Part shown: positions 21,051-31,700 of the stretch, one piece after another
Position numbering within the stretch: the stretch's first letter is position 1
How the letters are laid out: every line of letters starts with the position of its first letter
NCBI GenBank assembly: GCA_048213135.1
Contig: PS015138.1
Location: 32,246-77,913, forward strand
DNA: 45,668 nucleotides
Origin: Reclinomonas americana ATCC 50394
Taxonomy: Eukaryota
Reading direction: 5' to 3'
Made by a program: the position numbers and the translations under genes
Notes under the pieces: model-generated
The model's database searches: none
Told to the model about the DNA's origin: nothing
Seen by the model: only the letters and a program-made list of their open reading frames with translations

Positions 21051-21967
21051 CTGGAGGTGGGAGAAAGGGGAAGGGGTGTGAGGGGAGGGGCACAGGGAGA
21101 AGGGATGTGAGGGAAGGGAGATTAGGAGAAGGGATGTGGGGGGAAGGGATGTGACGGAAGGAGCTAGCACACACACTCTCTCTGTATCTGTGCAGTCTCT
21201 GTCGCTCTCGGTCATATTCTCTCGTTCTCTCCTTCTTCTTCTCCGCGCTCGCTGTCTGTGTGTATGTGTCGTATGAAGAACAAGTGGAAGCGTTCGCTGT
21301 GGTGGTGCTGGACTTCTTCTTTCTGCTTGCACTTCATGCTTCTTCTTCTTCGCCTGCTGTTGTTGCGCGCGCTCTCTCTCTCTCTCGCTCTGTGTGTGTG
21401 TGTGTGCGTGTGTGTGTGTGTGTATCAGTAAGTCTCCCTTCTCCCTCCGCATCCATTCCTCTCTCTTTCGCTCCCCCCTGTCTCTGCCGATAGCTCTGTC
21501 TCTCTTCCTTCTTCTGCCCTTTTCATCACTTTTCTTGCTGTCTCTGTGTGTGCACGTATGAGTAAGACAGTCGCTCTGTCTGCCTGTTTCTCCCTCTCTC
21601 TCTCTCTCTCAGCTTGTGTGTGCGATGAGAGGGTGTGTTGTGAGTGCAGTTTTCTGTCGCTCTCTGTTTTGATCTCTCTCTCGCTTTCCTATCCGCGAGT
21701 AGGTACGTGCGCGCATGCAGCATATGGCGCAGGGCTCTCTGTGGCTGCTTGTCTTCATCGTCTTCGTGCGCTACTGCTGTTCTGTCTCTCTATCTCTCGT
21801 CTCCTCTCATATTCATCACATTATCTTCACTTCCCTTCTCTCTCTGTGTGTATAAACGAATGTCGCTCTGTGTGTCTGTCTGTCAATCAGTGTGTCTCCA
21901 TCGCCTTCGTTCTCATACTCTCCCCTTCTCTTCCTCTTGTGTCTGTATGTGTACGTCTGCCTGTTTG

Positions 21968-22006
<39 letters not shown>

Positions 22007-23824
22007 GACACACACACTCTCTCTCTCTCTTCTGCCTTCTCCTCCCTTCTACGTCTGTCTATCTGTCTATCAGCCTGTCTCTCATCTCTGCGCCTCTCTC
22101 TCTCTCATACACACACACTCTCTCCGTCTATCTGTCAGTCTCCCGTCTCCGTCGTTCTCACTCTCCCATTCTTATCCTCTTGTGTATGAATGCGAGCGTC
22201 TTTCATCTCACTGACTTCTCCTCTTGTGTCTGTACATGTGTAAGTCTCTCTCTCTCTGTCTGTGTGTGTGTAGGTGTGAGTGTGTGTGCGTGTGTGTGTG
22301 TGTGTCGTCTCTCTCTATTCACTGCCTTCTCCTTTCTCCTCCCTACTTCTCCTCATGTGTGCTGTATGCATGTATTCGTCTCTCTATCTCAGTCTCTCCC
22401 TTCATCCCCTTCTCCTCCCCATCTCCTCCCCCTTTCCTCCCCCTCTCCTCACCAAGGAAATCGGCGACGCGCGCCGGTCCCGCCTGCCACAACCGCACCG
22501 CATCCAACACATCCGCCTCCACCACATCATCAAACGAAAACCACGCACACATGCTCACAGACGACGACGACGAAGACGGAAAACCATTCGTCGTCATAAT
22601 AAAATAAGAAAAATCAAAGCAACAACGATCAACGATGAATGAAATGAGAGAGAAATGAGAGAGAGAGAAATAAAGTAAAGATGAACAACTGCGCACACGG
22701 AGAGAGTGTGTGTGTGTCACAGTGTCAGAGTGAGAGAGCGCGCGCGCGACTGCTTCCCTCTTTGTCTCTTATTTTTCGTGCACGTGTCTTTCTCTGTTCT
22801 TTCTTTCTCTTTTCTGCGCGATTGTGTGTGTCTCTCTCTCTGTGCGTGTATGTGTAAGAGAGTGTGTGTGTGCACACCACGCTGCGTGTCGGTGTCTTTT
22901 TCGCAAACTGGCGGTGTCCTGCGTGTGTCCTGTTGTGATTTTTGCGTGTGCGATCGTTGTTGCACAGTGAGCGGGAGAATGTCGGAGAGAAGAAAACGCT
23001 GCCGGATGCAATTGCAACTTTTTCGGCAACTGTGGAGTTGAAGGCTTGCAACATGCAATCGACGTTGCCCAAGTCTCTGCAAGGCTTGCGCAAGTCAACA
23101 AAACACTTCATTCACCACATGCCAATAATGCGATAAACGCCCACAAATCCCTTGCCGACAATGACCTTGGCACACCAACAACATACAAACACATAACATT
23201 GCCAGTCCGCTGGCCACGTGCACGGGGGGGGCCTGTGTGACCAAGTACAACCCTATCCGAAACGTCAACACACCACTGCTTTTTGCATTGCCTGCTTCTC
23301 GGATCCGGACCCGGCTTTGCTTTGTACACGTGTTACTGTCTGGTGACGACGTCGACTCAGGCACAGCATGCATGCGCATGCGCATTCATATTGGCAATTG
23401 TTGCATTGTAGTTTTGACGTAACTTTAATTGCAAAGTGGACTCCACCTTGAAGCCACTCTTGCACACTAACACAGTCTTACATGATGTTCCTCGATGCTG
23501 CTTGCTTGCCAATACAACCTGGAATTTTCCGCGCACACATTGCACAAGTTTTCAGCGCGTGGGCGCGCTCTTTCTTTCCCTCTCTCTTTCTTTCTCTCTC
23601 ACTGACATGTGCGACCCTCTGTACACATGTCTGGTGACGACTCTGGCGCTGGTGCCGGCCACCGCCCTCGCCACACTCTCACTTGTATGGCACTTTTTGT
23701 GTGTCGACATTCCGTTGCGTGCTCCCTCACACAAGTGCACAAAGACAAGAGAGAGAGAGAGAGAGAATGAGAGAGAGAATGAGCTTTTGTTGCTGCATTC
23801 CTCTCAAATCTTTCAGTCACTCAC

Positions 23825-23864
<40 letters not shown>

Positions 23865-24704
23865 CACGTCACACGANNNNNNNNNNNNNNNNNNNNNNNN
23901 NNNNNNNNNNNNNNNNNNNNNNNNNNNNNNNNNNNNNNNNNNNNNNNNNNNNNNNNNNNNNNNNNNNNNNNNNNNNNNNNNNNNNNNNNNNNNNNNNNNN
24001 NNNNNNNNNNNNNNNNNNNNNNNNNNNNNNNNNNNNNNNNNNNNNNNNNNNNNNNNNNNNNNNNNNNNNNNNNNNNNNNNNNNNNNNNNNNNNNNNNNNN
24101 NNNNNNNNNNNNNNNNNNNNNNNNNNNNNNNNNNNNNNNNNNNNNNNNNNNNNNNNNNNNNNNNNNNNNNNNNNNNNNNNNNNNNNNNNNNNNNNNNNNN
24201 NNNNNNNNNNNNNNNNNNNNNNNNNNNNNNNNNNNNNNNNNNNNNNNNNNNNNNNNNNNNNNNNNNNNNNNNNNNNNNNNNNNNNNNNNNNNNNNNNNNN
24301 NNNNNNNNNNNNNNNNNNNNNNNNNNNNNNNNNNNNNNNNNNNNNNNNNNNNNNNNNNNNNNNNNNNNNNNNNNNNNNNNNNNNNNNNNNNNNNNNNNNN
24401 NNNNNNNNNNNNNNNNNNNNNNNNNNNNNNNNNNNNNNNNNNNNNNNNNNNNNNNNNNNNNNNNNNNNNNNNNNNNNNNNNNNNNNNNNNNNNNNNNNNN
24501 NNNNNNNNNNNNNNNNNNNNNNNNNNNNNNNNNNNNNNNNNNNNNNNNNNNNNNNNNNNNNNNNNNNNNNNNNNNNNNNNNNNNNNNNNNNNNNNNNNNN
24601 NNNNNNNNNNNNNNNNNNNNNNNNNNNNNNNNNNNNNNNNNNNNNNNNNNNNNNNNNNNNNNNNNNNNNNNNNNNNNNNNNNNNNNNNNNNNNNNNNNNN
24701 NNNN

Positions 24705-24741
<37 letters not shown>

Positions 24742-24793
24742 TAGTTGTTTCGTTTCGTTCGTCGTCGTCTCTACTACTACTTACTTACTACTA

Positions 24794-24863
<70 letters not shown>

Positions 24864-25060
24864 CGCACACTCTCTCTCTCTCACTCACTCACCCACTCAC
24901 TCTCCCTCTCACTCACTTACTCACTCACCCACTCACTCTCTCCCTCCCTCTCTTCTCACTGCACTCACTCACCCACCTACTCACATCCTTCCCTTTTCCC
25001 CTCTTCTCACCCTCCCTCCTCTCTCTCTCTCTCTCATACATTGACCCATTCTTTCTGCAG

Positions 25061-27960
25061 TCCAAAGAGGCCGACCCTCGCACGCAAGCGATTCTGGCTC
25101 TTACAGACATTACGAGCCTCGCTCATGTTAGAGGGCGTAAGTTGCGTGTCTCTTTGTCTCTCACTCCCTTTCTCTTTCTTTCTCTCTCTCACGGTTTGTT
25201 GGCGCAGTGTTGTTGACGTTGATTTGGTTGCCGGAGACTGCATCGTATAGCCTGGTTGTGGGCTTGCTTGGCACGGCGAATTGCTTCTTGGCGGCCTTGC
25301 TGGGCATCTTTTGCGTGTACTGGTGAGATTGCGATGCATGTTGCTCCCAGTTGGTGCTTTCGCTGCTCCTCTCTCCTTCCGTTGCTGCTTTGCTCTCCTT
25401 CCGTCGCTGCTTTCGCTGCTTTGCTCTCCTTCCGTCGCTGCTTTCGCTGCTCCTCTCTCCTCCCGTCACTGCTTTCGCTGCTTTGCTCTCCTTCCGTCGC
25501 TGCTTTCGCTGCTTTGCTCTCCTCCGTCGCTGCTTTGCTCTCCTCCGTCGCTGCTTTGCTCTCCTCCGTCGCTGCTTTGCTCTCCTCCGTCGCTGCTTTC
25601 GCTGCTCCTCTCTCCTCCCGTCGCTGCTTTCGCTGCTCCTCTCTCCCTCCCGTCGCTGCTTTCGCTGCTCCTCTCTCCCTCTCGTCGCTGCTTTCGCTGC
25701 TCCTCTCTCCTCCCGTCGCTGCTTTCGCTGCTCCTCTCCCTCTCGTCGCTGCTTTCGCTGCTCCTCTCCCTCTCGTCGCTGCTTTCGCTGCTCCTCTCTC
25801 CCTCTCGTCGCTGCTTTCGCTGCTCCTCTATCCTCCGTCGCTGCTTTCGCTGCTCCTCTCCCTCTCGTCGCTGCTTTCGCTGCTCCTCTCCCTCTCGTCG
25901 CTGCTTTCGCTGCTCCTCTCCCTCTCGTCGCTGCTTTCGCTGCTCCTCTCCCTCTCGTCGCTGCTTTCGCTGCTTTGCTCTCCTTCCGTCGCTGCTTTCG
26001 CTGCTTTGCTCTCCTTCCGTCGCTGCTTTCGCTGCTTTGCTCTCCTTCCGTCGCTGCTTTCGCTGCTCCTCTCTCCTCCCGTCACTGCTTTCGCTGCTTT
26101 GCTCTCCTTCCGTCGCTGCTTCTGCTGCTCCTCTCTCCTCCCGTCGCTGCTTTCGCTGCTCCGCTCTCCTCCCGTCGCTTTCGCTGCTCCTCTCTCCTCC
26201 CGTCGCTGCATTCGCTGCTCCTCTCTCCTCCGTCGCTGCTTTCGCTGCTCCTCTCTCCTCATGTCGCTGCTTTCGCTGCTTTGCTCTCCTTCCGTCGCTG
26301 CTTTCGCTGCTCCTCTCTCCTCCCGTCGCTGCTTTCGCTGCTCCTCTCCTCCTTTGCTGCTTTCGCTACTCCTTTCTCCTCCGTCGCTGCTTTCGCTGCT
26401 CCTCTCTCCCGCGTCGCTGCTTTCGCTGCTCCTCTCTCCCGCGTCGCTGCTTTCGCTGCTCCGCTCTCTCCTTTGCTGCTTTCGCTGCTCCTCTCACTCA
26501 CCCCTCACCCCACCTTTTCTCTTTGCCTCCTCTCGTCCCTTCCCACTCTCCCTTCCCCCTTCACAGGGTCACCGTGCTGGCGGCCCTCAGGATAAACTGG
26601 CGGGAAGACCGCCTCTACTTCATCATCCTCATCGTCATGTGGCTCATCATGGTCACGGCGGCCACGCTCGTCTTCACCGTGGTCCTCCAGTCGATTCTAT
26701 GTGACACGATCCTGAAGGCGATTGGCGGCCAGTGCATACAATTGCGACACGCAGTCGGATCGGTGCATCGAATCCCTGCGTGTGCCTTCTTTTCTTTCTA
26801 ATGCAGCTCACTCTTTGCGTCGCTGTGTGGCAGCTGTATGTCGTGCTGGCGACATTTATTTGCACGCAGAGTGTGCTGATGGCGTCGTACTTTTTGAAGA
26901 TTCACAAGACCAGCTACTTTGACGCCAGTCCACAGCTCAAGTCGGCGATTTGGAAGGTGCTGCCGAACGCTTCATTTTCTGTTGTCTGTGCACTCAGCAT
27001 TATCGCTGTCTCTCTCTGTGTTGCAGACGGTCATCATTGCCGTGACGACGTTCCTGTTGGCGCTGACGGTGTGCATCTCCTTTGTCGGCTCACTGCGACA
27101 AATCAAGTGGGCCAATGGCGACGAGATCCTCGTCACACGCGTGCTCGTGTTCTGCACGCTCACCATTGAAATTGTGGTGTTGCTGCACTCGTCGAGGAAG
27201 AATGACGGCACGCCCGGCTCGGCGGTGAGTGGGAAGGGGGAAAGGGGAAAGGGAGGAGGCAAGGGGGAAGGGGAAAAGGATGGAAAGGGTGCGAAGAGTG
27301 GGAAAGATCGCTTTCTTCATTTGACGTTTATGCCTGCCTCTTCTTTCGCTCGTGCCGCACTCCTCCTGCTGTCGCTCGTGCCGCGCTCCTCCTGCTGTCG
27401 CTCGTGCCGCGCTCCTCCTGCTGTCGCTCGTGCCGCGCTCCTCCTGCTGTCGCTCGTGCCGCGCTCCTCCTGCTGTCGCTCGTGCCGCGCTCCTCCTGCT
27501 GTCGCTCGTGCCGCGCTCCTCTCGTTTGTCGCTCGTGCCGCGCTCCTCTCGTTTGTTGCTCGCTCCTCTCGTTGTCGCTCGTGCCGCGCTCCTCTCGTTT
27601 GTCGCTCGCGCCCTGCTCCTCTCGTTTGTCGCTCGCGCCCTGCTCCTCTCGTTGTCGCTCGCGCCCCGCTCCTCTCGTTGTCGCTCGCGCCCCGCTCCTC
27701 TCGTTGTCGCTCGTGCCGCGCTCCTCTTGTTGTCGCTCGTGCCGCGCTCCTCTTGTTGTCGCTCGTGCCGCGCTCCTCTTGTTGTCGCTCGTGCCGCGCT
27801 CCTCTTGTTGTCGCTCGTGCCGCGCTCCTCTTGTTGTCGCTCGTGCCGCGCTCCTCCTGCTGTCGCTCGTGCCGCGCTCCTCCTGCTGTCGCTCGTGCCG
27901 CTCCTCCTGCTGTCGCTCGTGCCGCGCTCCTCTCGTTTGTCGCTCGTGCCGCGCTCCTCT

Positions 27961-28000
<40 letters not shown>

Positions 28001-28197
28001 CTCCCCCTTCCCCCCTCTTGCTCACCTCCTTTTCCATTATCTTGTCTCAGAGATCGAGCCACAACTCCCGCCAATTCAAATCCGCCATGGGTCCCTCCGC
28101 CCCATCACGCACCAAGGGACGCGGTTCGCATGACTCGCCTGCGCTAGCCGAGCTGAGCATACCACTGCACGATATGTCTTCCAGGAGTGACCAGTGA
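25061..28197 (+). CDS. Multi-pass (probably 7TM, GPCR-like) membrane protein; 5' exon(s) upstream or in the gap
   Basis: In-phase exons 25061-25136, 25208-25322, 26567-26762, 26807-26956, 27027-27224 and 28051-28197 (TGA). They give six hydrophobic helices (e.g. LVVGLLGTANCFLAALLGIFCVYW, LYFIILIVMWLIMVTAATLVFTVVL, TVIIAVTTFLLALTVCISFVGSL) and a Ser-rich tail. A candidate TM1 (LYTCLVTTLALVPATALATLSLVW) lies at about 23607-23720. Confidence 0.72.
25355..26492 (+). repeat. Intronic minisatellite, about 20-33 bp variant units (core GTCGCTGCTTTCGCTGCTCCTCTC)
   Basis: Dozens of directly visible tandem units that are almost A-free on the sense strand. Lies in intron 25323-26566. Confidence 0.95.
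27345..27960 (+). repeat. Intronic minisatellite, about 26-bp unit GTCGCTCGTGCCGCGCTCCTCCTGCT
   Basis: More than 20 tandem units, directly visible in intron 27225-28050. Confidence 0.95.
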
Positions 28198-28764
28198 ACT
28201 ACATAAAGAAACGGGGTGCTGCATGAAATCCGACAAACCCGCCGCCAGCGACAAGTGTCATAACTTGCAGTTGTCCATTCTTCCCAAGAGCAAGCAATGT
28301 CGGTGTGTGTGTGCGTGTGTGTGTGCGCGTGTGTGCCTCTCTCTATGTGCATCTCTGTCTCTCTCTCTCTCTCTCTCGCTTTCACGCACTCTCCTTCTCT
28401 CAGTTTCCAACGCACTCGAGCGCCGCGCATGAATCGTCGCTGCGCGGGAAGGGTGGAGAAGAGAAAGCGGGGAAGGAGACAACGACGCTGTGTGCTTTGG
28501 AGGCGGACGCAAGCGAATCACTAAGTGGCGGGAGTGGGAGTGCAAGGTGTGTGTGGGCTCTTGAAGAGGGCGTGCTCGTGCATTCGTCTCACGTTATGTT
28601 GATCAACGCACAGCATCGTGGAGCACGAGGAGGGGCGGTAAGTTGCTGTCGCTGTCTTGTTCTCTTCATTCCTTCGCTGGACGACGTTTCTGCATCGTCT
28701 TCCCTGGCCGCCGTACTTCCTCTCCTCCACGTGTGCTGACGGCGTTTTTTTGTGTGCGCACAGC

Positions 28765-31700
28765 ATGATCAACTCGCAGCGCATCATCATGGCCTTTGAG
28801 GTGGTGGAGGAGGCCGTGCGTCTGCGCTGTCAACGCGCACTGGCGCTGTTCAGTCGCGACCATTCCGACTTTGATGTGCGGGCGTGGGTGCCGAGTTTCA
28901 CGCCTGCTGGCATGGATGCAGTGGCCGTGAAGGCGTGGCGTGAGCGACATGCTCCACTCCACCCCTCTCGAGTCAAGTTGTTTGAGGAGAAGCAGCCGGT
29001 GGTGTTGGCCTGGCGTGCCGCCTTTGACGCCGACCCGTCGTCCGACCCTACATGTGACGGTTTCGACACGACGGCACTCACCTCCATCATGCTGTATGGT
29101 GGCTTCGTTCAGGATGACGGTCACAAGCTGCTGCTGATTGACGATGCTGATGTACGGAAGGCAGTGGAGGAGCTGAATGATGTGAGGAATACGTTGGCCC
29201 ACCATCGAGACCAAGCACTATGGACAGATGACACCGTACAGCAGTACCTTGGAGATGGTGGTGTCTTCCTCTCCATCATCTCTCGACTTCAGTTGACGGC
29301 TGATGAGCGAGGTCGATTCGCTGCTCGTGTCTGCGAGACACGCCACGTCCAGCACACCATCAGCACATTCGAGGAGCGTCTGCATCGGCTGGCGGTGCGT
29401 GAGCTCTCATTCTACCAGCACGACGAGAGTGTGCGCAAGGACATGCAGATGTATGTGCCACTGCTGTGCTCACGTGAGCGTGACATCTCGTCGAGAGACA
29501 AGATGATGGATCTGTTGACGGAAGTGGATGTTTTCCTCTCCGACGCCAACACCACCCAGCGTGTGTTGGTGCTCTTCGGCAACAGTGGGGCAGGCAAGAC
29601 CACCACCATGTCGATGCTGGCCGAGCGAGCGTGGCGGCAGTGGCAAACGAGAGAGAGTAGACGAGTGCCTGTGCGTGTGCCTCTCGGTGCACTGCGCAAT
29701 GCTGATGAGCGATTGTTGGCGGAGGCATGGAAGCGACTGTCGCTCGAGTTGGGTTTGGAGTCAGACGTGCGACGGTTGAAGGAAGAGCCGTTACTGTTGT
29801 TGCTTGACGGGTACGATGAGTTGTACCGTGGTGTGAATCTGTTTGTCAAGAACCAGCTGGATGTGTGTCGCGACTTGAAAGTGATTATCACCTGTCGAGG
29901 CGATTACGCACTGACGGCGCTGGGCGGTGTGACGCAGTATCGACGATACTTTGCACCAGTGGATTCACGTGGACAGTTGTGCATGCATCAGCTGATGGAG
30001 CGGCACATTGCGCCGTTCGACAAGGAGCAGATTGAGGAGTACTTTGGGCGGCTGGTGCAAGTGGGTGGAGACGATGATGATGACGGTGGCGAAAAGCGGT
30101 GGTCGACTGCCGAGGAGTACATTCGTGCACTGAAGAGTGTGCATGGTCTGGATGCGCTGGTGTCGAATCCGTTCCTGTTGTCGGTGGTGGCTCGTGTATT
30201 GCCGCAGTTGGTGGCGAGTGGCGTGCAGCGACCGACTCGGCGCGATGTGTTTGACCGTTTCATTCGACAGTGGATTGTGAGGGAGCAGGAGAGGCAGACG
30301 CGTCTTGGTGCGGAGCGTGTGCCGAGTGAAGAGACATGTCTTTCATTCTGTGAGGGACTGGCACGGTTGATGCACGAGAGGAATGTGGTGCGTGTGTCTG
30401 TGAGGGTGGGTCGGTCGGGTAATGATGAGGACGATGAAGAGGGAGTTGATGAATTTGGTGGTGCACCCCGCGGCCGCCGACTGCGAGCGGACGAGAGACC
30501 GATTGACAAGTTCCTCGGTCACAGGAACCAGCATGTGCGAGTGTGCTGCCCGATTGTGCGACGGTATGGGACGAGTCAGTCGGGATTCATGCATCTGTCG
30601 TTGCTGGAGCACTGCGTGGCACGGCATGTGTTTGCGTGGGAGACATGGGGTGAGGAGAGAAGATTGACGGTGCAAGATGTGCAGCAGCATGTGCTGGCAG
30701 TGCGGCTGCTTAATGATCGACCATCGTTGGTAGAGCAAATAGCCGAGGTGGTGCGACGGTCTCCTCGATTGCAAGAGAGACTGTGGGAGGTGATTTCGTT
30801 GTCACGGGAGGTGGACGAAGAGCGATTGGTGACAGCAGCCGCGAATGCGGCGATGATGTTGTGTGTGGCACAGGTGTCGTTCAGTGGGCGAGATCTGTCG
30901 TGTGTGCGAGTGAGGGGTGCGGATTTGAGGGATGCGGTGATGCACAGGACGGTGTGGAGGGGAGCGGATATGCGAGGGGTGAATGTGTGCATGGCGTTCG
31001 CGAGGGAGGCGGACTTTAGAGGGGCGGATGTGACGGAAGTGAAGTGGCCGAAGTTGCCGTTGGCTGTGGGCGCTGGACAGGTGAGATCGGTCGCCGTCAC
31101 TCCTGATGGTCAGCATGCTGTGAGTGGCAGTGACGACCAGACTGTACGGATGTGGTCGGTGGCGACTGGTGAAGAAGTGCGACGTTTGAAAGGGCACACA
31201 GCATCAGTGTTATCCGTCGCCATTACTCCAGATGGCGAACACATTGTAAGTGGGGGTGGGGACAAGACTGTGCGGGTGTGGTCGGTGGCGAGTGGAAAAG
31301 AGGTCCTGCGAATGGAGGGACACACTGGACGAGTGATGACTGTTTCCATGTGTCCTGATGGGCAGCATGCTGTGAGTGGGAGCGAGGACAGGACAGTGCG
31401 AGTGTGGTCACTGGCGAGTGGGAGACAACTGCGACTGTTGGAGGGGCACACTTCTGCGGTGACATCCGTTGCTGTCACTCCCGATGGCCTGCACTGTGTG
31501 AGTGGGAGCTGGGATAGGACTGTGCGTATGTGGTCACTGGCGAGTGGAGAGGAAATTCTTCGATTGAATGGTCACAGTAGCTGGGTGAACTCTGTCGCTG
31601 TCACACCCGATGGCCAGCACGTAGTCAGCGGGGGCAATGACAAGACGGTGAGAGTGCTTTCTGTCGCGGGCGGCGAGGAAGTAAGACGACTGGAGGGACA

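Noticed and set aside
25256-28197. Long repetitive ORFs (250-500 aa) on both strands over the minisatellites, also at 42683-43594
   Set aside because: A-free repeats cannot contain stop codons on that strand, and the arrays lie within introns with in-phase flanking exons.
28051-28764. Possible read-through splicing of the 7TM gene into the NLR
   Set aside because: The 7TM frame ends at TGA 28197 and its internal GT sites are not in the phase needed for the candidate exon near 28404. It cannot be fully excluded without cDNA.
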